This document shows, one piece after another, positions 54,126-62,423 of a stretch of 64,000 bases of DNA. Each line of letters starts with the position of its first letter. Position 1 is the first letter of the stretch. The notes under the pieces are model-generated. The model worked only from the letters and a program-made list of their open reading frames with translations. It made no database searches and had not been told where the DNA came from. Both the position numbers and the translations under genes were made by a program. This stretch comes from Candidatus Micrarchaeota archaeon. GTDB taxonomy: Archaea; Micrarchaeota; Micrarchaeia; Anstonellales; Bilamarchaeaceae. The stretch lies in assembly GCA_014727925.1 (NCBI GenBank), contig WJMN01000025.1:2575-66574 (forward strand), read 5' to 3'.

Positions 54126-55124
54126 ATGCGAATGATGCTTTTGCTATTTATTGCAGGAATTCTGCTTCTGGGCTTCGGGTGCCCTTCAGAAGAAAACGGG
54201 GAAACTGTTCCTGAGGGGGAGACTCCGGAGGAGGAAGGGGAAGGCCCGGGGGAGGAAATTGAGCCTCAGGGAGAAAACCAGACCGGGGAGGGGCCAGGAA
54301 TAACCCATTGCAGTGATGGGACCCCGGTAGGCGAATGCTCAGAAAACCAGCCAAGAATATGTGACACGTATGGAAACCTGGTGGAGGATGCAGATACTTG
54401 CGGATGCCCTGAGAATTCAGTGAAAAAGGGCAAAACCTGCATTTTCAATTGCGATGACGGCACAAGGATAGGAGAGTGCTCGGAGGAAAAACCATATTAC
54501 TGCAACTCAAATGCTGCTCTTGAAGAGCGCGCAGACCTTTGCGGGTGCCCGGAAGGGTATGATGTCTATAATACAACATGCAGGAACTCCTGCGAAGATG
54601 GAACCCTGATGGGAGAATGCTCAGAAGAAAACCCGCCTCTTTACTGCAACGAGGAATACGAAATGGTGATGAATCCCCCGCTGTGTGGGTGCCATCCATG
54701 GGAGCTTCTCAGGGATGGAAAATGCTTTGACCCTACTTCGGTAGAATATTCAATGAATGAGGAGATTCCGGTGGAAGAAAACATTACCATGATTCTAGAA
54801 GATGCAGATGAGATGAACTGTGATGATGGGCTCTATATGCGGGTCAGGCTAACAGTTGAAAACAGGGGGGCAGAAGACATTGAGATAACCCCCTATAACT
54901 TCAAGGTATTTTGCGATGAGAGGAGAACCGGAATAAACAGGCCTGAAGGGTGCACTGTTGCAGACCTCTTCCGGTGGGACGACATAGATGCAGGGGAAAC
55001 AGAAACCGGATTTGTATGGTTCAAGGTAACCGGGGGCGCCGGGGATTACCATGCAGAATATCTGCACAAATACACGCCCTCGGTCCTAAAGGAATTCTAT
55101 ATAGCTATGGATGAGGAGGATTGA
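54126..55124 (+). CDS. secreted protein with three Cys-rich ~48-aa repeats plus a DUF4352-like beta-sandwich C-terminus
   Basis: Signal/lipobox LLLGFGCP. Three copies of C.DGT..GECSE..P..C....(10-12).CGC. C-terminal pattern LTVENRGAEDIEITPYNFKVF...GETETGFVWFKV. Confidence 0.6.
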   Translation: MRMMLLLFIAGILLLGFGCPSEENGETVPEGETPEEEGEGPGEEIEPQGENQTGEGPGITHCSDGTPVGECSENQPRICDTYGNLVEDADTCGCPENSVKKGKTCIFNCDDGTRIGECSEEKPYYCNSNAALEERADLCGCPEGYDVYNTTCRNSCEDGTLMGECSEENPPLYCNEEYEMVMNPPLCGCHPWELLRDGKCFDPTSVEYSMNEEIPVEENITMILEDADEMNCDDGLYMRVRLTVENRGAEDIEITPYNFKVFCDERRTGINRPEGCTVADLFRWDDIDAGETETGFVWFKVTGGAGDYHAEYLHKYTPSVLKEFYIAMDEED

Positions 55125-55593
55125 TTTGGTGGTTGGAGGGCAGCTTCAAAAAAGCCGGGTAAAGGTTTTCTATTTTTCAAAAAGCGGGAACACGAAAAAG
55201 GTTGCGGAAGCGATAGCCGATGAAATGAGTACTGAAGCTCTTGAAGCAGAAGCAGTGGGAACCGGATACGACATGCGGAAGTGCGATCTTCTTTTTGTGG
55301 GAAGCGGAAACTACCTCTCGGGGCCTGCAAAGGAGATGGTCGAATTCATTGAAGGGCTCTTGCCGGCCGAAGACAGGAACGCTGCAGTATTCGGAACCTC
55401 TGGGGGGAGCGGGAAAAAATATCTTGAAAAAATGGAAGAGCTGCTTGAAAAGAAGGGGATACGGATTCTCGGAAAATGGGACTGCCCGGGCCAGGAATTC
55501 TCCCTAAAAAATAGGGGAAGACCCAATGAGGAAGACCTTTCAGGGGCCCGGGATTTTGCAAAAAAAATGTTGAAAAAAATAGAGATTCTTTAG
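55111..55593 (+). CDS. flavodoxin-like protein
   Basis: KVFYFSKSGNTKKVAEAIADEM...LLFVGSGNY...AAVFGTSGG. The start overlaps the previous gene by 14 nt. Confidence 0.7.
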   Translation: MRRIDLVVGGQLQKSRVKVFYFSKSGNTKKVAEAIADEMSTEALEAEAVGTGYDMRKCDLLFVGSGNYLSGPAKEMVEFIEGLLPAEDRNAAVFGTSGGSGKKYLEKMEELLEKKGIRILGKWDCPGQEFSLKNRGRPNEEDLSGARDFAKKMLKKIEIL

Positions 55594-56294
55594 CTGTTGC
55601 TTTTTGCTGGCTGCAGCACCTCATTTACATTGTGGGTTGGAGGTGCAAGGAATCCCCACCAGGGGCCTGCTTCTTCAACCATCTCTCCTGTCTGCGCACT
55701 TACGAGGTATTCTGTCTGTGAATCAACCGGGAAAATCCAGAAGAACTTCCTCTGTTCCTGCACCCTGAACCGGTAGGCTGGACCTTCAGAATGCATCTCC
55801 AGGACCATATCCTGAACCTCGGCATTCTCAAGTTCCTCACTTATTACCTGGGAAGGCATGACCTTGATTTGATGCTGGTTTCCGTTGTGCTCCAGATACA
55901 CATTCTGGTTCTGGACCATCAGTGTTTCATTGCAGGAAGCTGAAGCACCATCAGATGTCAGTATTGTCTTTTGTTCCTGCTTCTGGACCTGGAAAAGCTG
56001 CTGCCCCATCTCCTGGTTTCCCTGCTGGCCTGCTTCGACAACTTCACCCTGGGAAACTTCTTCAACAGCCCCTCCTTCGCCCCCAACAGCAATGGAGTCT
56101 CCTTCCTCATTTGTCATTACTACCCCCCCGGGGGTGGTTCCGCTTTCTGTTTCTTCAGTTTCTGCTTCAGTGGTTGTGGTTGTAGTGGTCGTAGTGGTTG
56201 TGCCGCCTACTGTTACTGTTTCCCCGACTCCCACTGTTGTTCCTGCAAAAATAAGTCCAAACAGCAGGAGCATTGCGAGTATTCTTTTGTACAT
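55590..56294 (-). CDS. secreted protein with a poly-Thr linker and a PepSY-like C-terminal domain (tentative)
   Basis: Signal anchor ILAMLLLFGLIFAG, an 11-residue Thr run, and PAYRFRVQEQRKFFWIFPVDSQTEYLVSAQTGEMV. Confidence 0.55.
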   Translation of the reverse strand: MYKRILAMLLLFGLIFAGTTVGVGETVTVGGTTTTTTTTTTTEAETEETESGTTPGGVVMTNEEGDSIAVGGEGGAVEEVSQGEVVEAGQQGNQEMGQQLFQVQKQEQKTILTSDGASASCNETLMVQNQNVYLEHNGNQHQIKVMPSQVISEELENAEVQDMVLEMHSEGPAYRFRVQEQRKFFWIFPVDSQTEYLVSAQTGEMVEEAGPWWGFLAPPTHNVNEVLQPAKSNS

Positions 56295-56331
56295 GAAACA
56301 ATAAGCTCCTCAAGGAATAAAAATGAGGGGG

Positions 56332-56943
56332 TCATGCCCCAGGTGAAGAGCCGGTTATCGCGCTTATCAGGTAGATGGTTATTGCACACACCACGCCAAC
56401 CATGAATGTTTTCATGGCAGAAATTGCAATGTTCTCCTTGGACAGCTTGCCTAGGAAAACACCCAGGAACACAAAAATCAGCAGCCAGATTAAGAATGAG
56501 AAATAATATGCAAGCCCCATATCAAGAAAACCTGCAGATGAAGAAAAAAATGGAATGAGTATCACCAGTATTGCAAAAAGGGGGGAGAGGCCATTTATCA
56601 AGGAAACATAGCAGGTTGCAAATTTGTCTGCCTCTGATATTTTTGTTTTTTCAAGGCTCTTCAGCATCTTCTGCTCAAGATCTCTCCGAGCCTTTGTACG
56701 CTCTGCGCTTTCAGAAAGATATGTGCCCCAGACCCCGGAGATGAAGATGGCAGCTCCCGCACCAAGCCCGAGAGTTACTATTGTACCTGGGCTCGTTATG
56801 CCTGCAAGAAAAGAGCCAAGCAACACTCCGAAGATAGTAAGGGTGCCGTCAAATGTGTTCATTACGAAGTATCTGCGGGCGAGCTTGGACATCCCTGTTA
56901 TGTGCTCGTAATTGGTGATTTTTTCCTGGAGCTCTTCTGGCAT
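56332..56943 (-). CDS. VIT1/CCC1-family (COG1814-like) putative Fe/Mn transporter
   Basis: RYFVMNTFDGTLTIFGVLLG, a cytoplasmic charged helix ERTKARRDLEQKMLKSLEK, and 4-5 TM segments. Assignment made by pattern only. Confidence 0.55.
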   Translation of the reverse strand: MPEELQEKITNYEHITGMSKLARRYFVMNTFDGTLTIFGVLLGSFLAGITSPGTIVTLGLGAGAAIFISGVWGTYLSESAERTKARRDLEQKMLKSLEKTKISEADKFATCYVSLINGLSPLFAILVILIPFFSSSAGFLDMGLAYYFSFLIWLLIFVFLGVFLGKLSKENIAISAMKTFMVGVVCAITIYLISAITGSSPGA

Positions 56944-56956
56944 TTATCCCACTGGT

Positions 56957-57247
56957 TCAATCAAACCCTTCATACCTGGGGGTACCCTCCCTGACCGTAT
57001 ATGCGTGATCTATGGAGTGGATTGTTGCCCCGGTGCTTTCAATAACCTGGTTAATCTCAAAATAACTCAGGTTCTTGCCCCGGACTGCTATCTTTACATT
57101 TTCAACCTTCTTGTCTATCTCAAGCAAGTCTATGTAAACCCCGTCAACACCCTCAAGCGCAGTTATGTTGCGGGCCACTTCAAGTATCGAAGGTTCCATG
57201 GGCTTTAGCACATCCAGGACAATCTTTCTTACTCTGACATCTTCCAT
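56957..57247 (-). CDS. DUF211 (COG1888) protein
   Basis: VRKIVLDVLKPMEPSILEVARNITALEGVDGVYIDLLEIDKKVENVKIAV.G.N......I.S.GATIHSIDHA matches the family pattern. The start is the ATG at 57247. Confidence 0.75.
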   Translation of the reverse strand: MEDVRVRKIVLDVLKPMEPSILEVARNITALEGVDGVYIDLLEIDKKVENVKIAVRGKNLSYFEINQVIESTGATIHSIDHAYTVREGTPRYEGFD

Positions 57248-57319
57248 AGGCAATATCAATAAACAAAGAATATAAAAATAGGGGGGGAGTTTTAATGCCT
57301 TTTTAGTCAAAATGCAGAT

Positions 57320-58228
57320 ATGGACAGATTTATTGTGTGTTTTTTGGTTTTGGGCCTCCTGATTTCAGGCTGCCCACAGGAAAGGGGGAGCTCCCCCGGA
57401 GTGCTTGAGCCGCCCGCTCTAGAAAATTGCACTGATTCGGACGGGGGGAAGGATGAATTTGCCCATGGTACTTCCACCCTGGGCTCAGAGTCAGAAAGTG
57501 ATAGCTGCACTGGAGAGGGAGAAGTACTGGAATATTTCTGCTCTTTGGGGGCAATTGAAAGCGAGGAAATAGCATGTCCCGCGGGGCATGGGTGCCAGGG
57601 CGGGGAGTGTGTTGAGCTCAATTGCTTTGATACTGATGGGGGAAGTGTGCCTGAGGCAAAGGGCACAGTGCAGTATGATGGGAAACAATATACTGATTAT
57701 TGTAGAGCGGGGGGAAGTGTGCACGAGTATTACTGCGGGGAGGGCGTTGCTGAAGAAGATGTTGCCTGTGCTGCGGGGGAAGTGTGCGAAGGCGGCAGGT
57801 GCATTGAAGGCCCGGCCTGCACAGACACGGATGGGGGGAAGGAGCTTCATGAGGGGGGAACAGTTACTGCAGGCGGAAGAAATTATGAGGACTACTGCCT
57901 TGGCACATACGTTGTTTACGAATACTATTGCGAAAACGGGGCAAAAAAAGCAGAGCAGGTTTCCTGCCCTGAAGGAGAATATTGTGTTGATGGGATTTGT
58001 GCAGAAGAAGAGGAACACGAATGCGAGGATACAGACGGGGGAAAGAAAACCTGGAAAAAGGGGACTGTGACTTACTGGTCAGGCGGGGAGGAGTATACTG
58101 AAACAGATAAATGCTACGATGACTATTCTGTGCTGGAGGTTTGGTGCACAGATGGGGGAACAGTAGGTTTTGGCATACTTGAATGCGAATCAGGGGAAAG
58201 CTGTGAAGACGGGAAATGTATGGATTGA
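57320..58228 (+). CDS. secreted lipoprotein made of four ~60-aa six-cysteine repeats
   Basis: Lipobox LLISGCP. Four copies of C.D[ST]DGG....GT.......Y.D.C......EY[YF]C.........C..GE.C..G.C. Confidence 0.6.
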   Translation: MDRFIVCFLVLGLLISGCPQERGSSPGVLEPPALENCTDSDGGKDEFAHGTSTLGSESESDSCTGEGEVLEYFCSLGAIESEEIACPAGHGCQGGECVELNCFDTDGGSVPEAKGTVQYDGKQYTDYCRAGGSVHEYYCGEGVAEEDVACAAGEVCEGGRCIEGPACTDTDGGKELHEGGTVTAGGRNYEDYCLGTYVVYEYYCENGAKKAEQVSCPEGEYCVDGICAEEEEHECEDTDGGKKTWKKGTVTYWSGGEEYTETDKCYDDYSVLEVWCTDGGTVGFGILECESGESCEDGKCMD

Positions 58229-58327
58229 AAAATCGATTGTGATATAACTGTGAGAATTTGGAACTAAACCCATAGCCTTTAAATAGTTCAATCCAATAGA
58301 AGTAGGCTAGTTTATATTACATGTAAG

Positions 58328-58807
58328 GTGGTACAATTGGGAAAAACAGCAAAAGAATTAGTAGGTGAGAAAGCAGAGGAAATAATTACAGAGCTCAATA
58401 AGGCTCTGGCAGATGAATGGCTTGCTTATGTTCAATACCTGATGGCGGCTTCCATAGTCAAGCATCCAAATGCTGCAAAGGAGCTAGAAGCTGTTGCAAA
58501 AGAAGAGCTTGAGCATGCTGAAGAGCTTACTGAGCGGATTCTGCAGCTTGGAGGAAAGCCGGTAGTAGACCAGAAGCAGCTTTACGAGATTACCAACTGC
58601 GGCTATGAAGCACCAAGCGAAGAAACCCTCCAGTCGCTCAGGGGAGCCCTTAAAGGAGAGAACTGCGCAATAAAGATTTACCACAAGATTGCGATGATGG
58701 CAAAGGACACCGATGTGGTAACCTACAACCTTGTGCTGCACATCATGGAAGAGGAAATTGACCATGAAGAAAGATTTGAGGCCCTTGTTGAGTGGATAGA
58801 GGGCTGA
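58328..58807 (+). CDS. ferritin-like di-iron protein (bacterioferritin/DPS-like)
   Basis: Four-helix pattern with the ligand motifs EEXXH: EELEHAEEL and EEEIDHEERF. GTG start. Confidence 0.75.
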   Translation: MVQLGKTAKELVGEKAEEIITELNKALADEWLAYVQYLMAASIVKHPNAAKELEAVAKEELEHAEELTERILQLGGKPVVDQKQLYEITNCGYEAPSEETLQSLRGALKGENCAIKIYHKIAMMAKDTDVVTYNLVLHIMEEEIDHEERFEALVEWIEG

Positions 58808-58881
58808 ATTTTTCATTTTTTCTTGTTTTTTCAATTTTTAATGTTGGGTATGCTGGCCGTTTTATGAAGGGTGGATAAAAA

Positions 58882-59259
58882 ATGACTGAAAAAAAGGAAA
58901 TATACAAATGCAATGTTTGCGGAAACATTGTTGAAGTGCTCCATGAGGGAGCAGGAGAACTGGTCTGCTGCGGACAGCCGATGGAGCTCAAGGCAGAAAA
59001 GGTTGAAGAAGAAGGGGACGAAAAGCACGTTCCTGTAATTGAAAAAACTGAAAACGGGATAACGGTTAAAGTGGGCTCTGCGCCGCACCCGATGGAAGAA
59101 GAGCATTACATAGAATGGATTCAGGTAATCGCAGGGGATGCCTCCTACAGGAAGTTCCTCAGACCAGATGAAAAGCCGGAAGCAGACTTCCCCCTAAAAG
59201 ACGAGAACGTAACTGCAAGGGAATACTGCAACGTGCACGGGCTCTGGAAAAGCAAATAG
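58882..59259 (+). CDS. dfx: desulfoferrodoxin (2Fe superoxide reductase)
   Basis: Desulforedoxin domain CNVCGNIVEV..CCGQPM, plus the neelaredoxin domain HVPVI..HPMEEEHYIEWI..CNVHGLW. Confidence 0.92.
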   Translation: MTEKKEIYKCNVCGNIVEVLHEGAGELVCCGQPMELKAEKVEEEGDEKHVPVIEKTENGITVKVGSAPHPMEEEHYIEWIQVIAGDASYRKFLRPDEKPEADFPLKDENVTAREYCNVHGLWKSK

Positions 59260-59265
59260 ATTCTG

Positions 59266-60561
59266 CTACTTGGGCTTGTGGCGACCCCACTTGCCCAGGG
59301 CCTCTTTTAATTCCATGTTGTTTTTTGCTTTTTCTTGCAGGGTTTCGCCTTCCATTACTGCCTCTACTGCCTGCATGGTTGCTTTTGCGCCTGCACACGT
59401 TCCTTTTGGATGCCCATGTATCCCTCCTGAAATAAGAAGTATCATCTCGTTCCCGTAAATGTCCATTACATCAGGCACTAATCCTGGGTGGAGACCTCCG
59501 GAAGATGCGGGGAACACTGTTTTCATGTTCCCCCATTCCTGGTCAAGAATCAGGTCTTTCTTGGCTTTTGTTTTCTTTTCCCTGAGTATATCTGCAATTG
59601 CCATCACTTCAGGCTTTGTGCCCACGAGCTTCCCTACTGCGGTTCCTGTGTGGATGTTGTTTACTCCAAGAACTCTCATGGTTTTTGCAAGGAACTGCAT
59701 GGTCATTCCATGCTTTGGGTTACGGTCAAATGCTGCATGCATTGCCCTGTGCGCATGGATTGCAAGGCCCAGGTCCCTGCAATATTCTGTCATGGTCTGG
59801 ACAGCAGCTGTCCCAGAAACCACCACATCAATCATTACATAATTCCACCCAGCATCTGCAACAAGGTTGGCGCGCCTCTTCATCTCTTCTGTTTCTGCTG
59901 TGATGTTGAAGAATGCAGATTTCTTTTCCCCTGTGAGCTTTTCGGCCTTGTCCCTCATCCGTGTCATGATTCTCAGGCGCTCTTCAAAGCGGTTGAATTT
60001 TTGGGAGGTGAGGTTTTCATCATCCTTTACAAAATCAAATCCGCCCATCCAGGTCTGGTATCCTATTTGTGCATGCTCAGAAGCGGAAAATCCTATCTTG
60101 GGCTTAACCACTGCACCTGTAAGCGGACGCTTCTTTACGCCCATCATCTTTCGGATTCCTCCCATCCCATACTGGGGGCCCTTGAATCCATTCAGATAAG
60201 TTTTGGGGAATGTTGCATCGATAAGGCGTAGGTTCTTCACTCCCTTCATCCCAAAAATATTTCCTGCAATTCCCGAGAGAAGCTGGGCCATGTTGCCTTT
60301 TTCCCAAAGGCCCATTGGATAGGCAACCTTTAGGTAGTTTCCCTTCATTTGGAAGGCTGTTGCCTTGAGTTTGTTCATCCTGGGGGGGAGATTAGTGAGA
60401 GTTGTCCAGGTTCCTGTAGAGCTTTCTGAAGCAATTCTTCCTGCGGATTCTTTTTTGCTCATCCCTGCGGGTGGCTCAAAATAAAAAAGGACTATCAGGT
60501 CATCTTTTGCTGGCTTATATCTTAAATCCACAAACTGGTTGTACCAATCTATTTTTGCCAT
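59266..60561 (-). CDS. rbcL: ribulose-1,5-bisphosphate carboxylase large subunit, form III-type
   Basis: ESSTGTWTT, KPKIGFS, GGFDFVKDDEN, HAHRAMHAAF, SSGGLHPG and GGIHGHP. No small-subunit gene nearby. Confidence 0.95.
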   Translation of the reverse strand: MAKIDWYNQFVDLRYKPAKDDLIVLFYFEPPAGMSKKESAGRIASESSTGTWTTLTNLPPRMNKLKATAFQMKGNYLKVAYPMGLWEKGNMAQLLSGIAGNIFGMKGVKNLRLIDATFPKTYLNGFKGPQYGMGGIRKMMGVKKRPLTGAVVKPKIGFSASEHAQIGYQTWMGGFDFVKDDENLTSQKFNRFEERLRIMTRMRDKAEKLTGEKKSAFFNITAETEEMKRRANLVADAGWNYVMIDVVVSGTAAVQTMTEYCRDLGLAIHAHRAMHAAFDRNPKHGMTMQFLAKTMRVLGVNNIHTGTAVGKLVGTKPEVMAIADILREKKTKAKKDLILDQEWGNMKTVFPASSGGLHPGLVPDVMDIYGNEMILLISGGIHGHPKGTCAGAKATMQAVEAVMEGETLQEKAKNNMELKEALGKWGRHKPK

Positions 60562-60591
60562 GTTAGGAAAAAGGTGGCAATGAATAAAAGG

Positions 60592-61767
60592 CTACTGGGG
60601 TTCCGGAGATTTCCTGCCGGTCATTGGCTTTGTGAGCAGTTTCACCAGGATTGGGCCGCAGAAGGTTGTTGCTATACTGAGCACAATCATTGCGGTAATA
60701 AGCATGTCATCTATGAGTCCCAATTCAAGCCCCACAAATGCAACAGCTAGGGTGGTGCTCAGCTGGGGGATAGTTGCAACCCCTGAGATTATGCTCTCTT
60801 TTGAATTGAATCCATTCACTCTGCCTGCAAGGAACCCCCCAATAAATTTAGAGAGCACAGCTGCTGCGAGGATTATGAGGATAGTGGCAAGGCCTCCCAC
60901 TCCGCTAAAGAGCACGCCCACATCCATTTCCACACCAATTATGATAAAGAAAACAGGGATGAAAAGCCCGTAGCTGATTGCATGCAGCTTTCTGGTTAAT
61001 ATCTGGCTCTGGATGGATTCTGAGAGCACAAGACCGGCAAAGAACCCTGCAATTACCGGGTGCATTCCCAGGATGTCAAAAAATACTACTGTGGCAATCA
61101 GGGCAACAAATACAAAGCGCACTTCCTCCTCGAAAAGGCTTTTTTCTTCCCCGTGGAATTTCCTGAATGCCTCCCTTGCTTTTGGCAGGAGCTTCCTGAG
61201 TGCATAGAGAGATATTGCAACTATTATATAGAAAAGGTAAAGGGGAATCTCGGTTGTGGGGTTTACCAATTGCAGGAAGAACGAGAGCATCAGCAGGCTG
61301 AAAACATCCTCAAGTATTGTTCCTGAAACAATAAGGCGGCCGAGCTTTACCTGCATCAGCCCCTGTGCCTCTAGCACCGGAAGAACTATTGCAATTGAAG
61401 AAGAAACAAAGATTATGCCTAGCATGAATGAGCCAATCATGCCATAGCCCAGGTACGAGGCAACCAGGAAACCAACACACATCGGGAGAATCCCGTTTAG
61501 GAGGGAGAACTTTGCTGCGCTGCCCACTATTTTCCTGAAACTGGAGAGCTTTATTTCAAGGCCTGCCATGAACATCAGGAAAACCAGGCCTATTGAGCCA
61601 AGAAAATCAATTGTTTCGTCTATTACGATCAGGTCCAGAGCAAACGGGCCAATGATTATTCCTGTAATAATTAGGGCAACTACATAAGGCATGTGGAACT
61701 TTTTGAGGAACTCGGAAAGAAACAAGCCTGCAGAAATGACTATCAGGAAAGAAAGGAGTTCCGCCAT
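60592..61767 (-). CDS. cation:proton antiporter (CPA2/Kef-NapA type)
   Basis: About 11-12 TM segments. N-terminus LSEFLKKFHMPYVVALIITGIIIGP is typical of the Na_H_exchanger family. Confidence 0.85.
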   Translation of the reverse strand: MAELLSFLIVISAGLFLSEFLKKFHMPYVVALIITGIIIGPFALDLIVIDETIDFLGSIGLVFLMFMAGLEIKLSSFRKIVGSAAKFSLLNGILPMCVGFLVASYLGYGMIGSFMLGIIFVSSSIAIVLPVLEAQGLMQVKLGRLIVSGTILEDVFSLLMLSFFLQLVNPTTEIPLYLFYIIVAISLYALRKLLPKAREAFRKFHGEEKSLFEEEVRFVFVALIATVVFFDILGMHPVIAGFFAGLVLSESIQSQILTRKLHAISYGLFIPVFFIIIGVEMDVGVLFSGVGGLATILIILAAAVLSKFIGGFLAGRVNGFNSKESIISGVATIPQLSTTLAVAFVGLELGLIDDMLITAMIVLSIATTFCGPILVKLLTKPMTGRKSPEPQ

Positions 61768-61801
61768 GGGAACTCCTCAATATCAGAAAATATAAAGATT
61801 T

Positions 61802-62182
61802 CTATAAAACCGAAACCTGGACCGAGCGTATCCCTTTCGTGCGCTTCAGGTGGGAAAACAGCTCTTTTACCCGCTTTGCATCCCCGCAACTGATAAGCAC
61901 CCTGAGGCAAATGCTCTTGTGGTGCTGGTGCACTTCCGTTTTTATCACATCCTCGAATTCGTTCAGGAGTCTGCTCAGGGAATCGGCTCCATGTGAGGCA
62001 TGAGTTACTGTGAACACTGCATCAGTGTGCCCTCTCCTAGACTCAAGCACGTTATACTCATTAAGCATGGAATCTATTGTTGCGCGCAGGAGTTTTGAGC
62101 GGCTCCCGAATCCAAGCTTTTCCTGAATCCTGTCCAGCTCTGCAAGCTGGCCCTTGTCCATTGAAACGCTGATTATTTCCAC
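61802..62182 (-). CDS. NikR-family (ribbon-helix-helix plus ACT-like metal-binding domain) regulator
   Basis: RHH strand VEIISVSMDKGQLAELDRIQEKLGFGSRSKLLRATI. C-terminal His/Cys cluster THASHG...VHQHHKSIC. The GTG at 62182 after GGTGGA keeps the RHH strand. Confidence 0.7.
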   Translation of the reverse strand: MEIISVSMDKGQLAELDRIQEKLGFGSRSKLLRATIDSMLNEYNVLESRRGHTDAVFTVTHASHGADSLSRLLNEFEDVIKTEVHQHHKSICLRVLISCGDAKRVKELFSHLKRTKGIRSVQVSVL

Positions 62183-62358
62183 AATTCCACCCCAAGTTTT
62201 TCGAATGATCCATGAAACGTGAGCGATATAGTAGAGATTATGCAGAATGGGCAGGGGCACGCAAGACTGCTGATTCCGAATAGTGCTCCGGATACAGGGC
62301 TTGCATTTCCCTTTCCGGAAAGGAAATTTTTACTAACTAAATGTTTGGAATGGTCCAT

Positions 62359-62391
62359 AGTTAATAACTTTTATGGAAAGAGTTAATAACT
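62359..62391. promoter_or_regulatory. two identical 11-nt quasi-palindromes (AGTTAATAACT) 22 bp apart, a candidate operator overlapping the znuA promoter
   Basis: Copies at 62359-62369 and 62381-62391. Each has arms AGTTA/TAACT around a central A. They lie 33-65 nt upstream of the znuA ATG. Confidence 0.35.
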
Positions 62392-62423
62392 ATTTGCCTC
62401 TTTTCAAAATAAGGTGAATTTAG

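Noticed and set aside
56169-56201. 11-codon Thr run as a slippage-prone, phase-variable repeat
   Set aside because: At the DNA level the tract mixes ACC, ACA, ACT and ACG codons (GTGGTTGTGGTTGTAGTGGTCGTAGTGGTTGTG on the plus strand). It is not a perfect microsatellite and is more likely an O-glycosylation-type linker.
59270-60231. Several 60-250-aa plus-strand ORFs
   Set aside because: They are antisense to rbcL, which carries every RuBisCO catalytic motif.
61802-62260. Full 152-aa version of the NikR-like ORF starting at 62260
   Set aside because: The extra N-terminal 26 aa (MPLPILHNLYYIAHVSWIIRKTWGGI) look non-native. NikR proteins begin at the RHH beta-strand, which starts at the GTG at 62182 preceded by GGTGGA.
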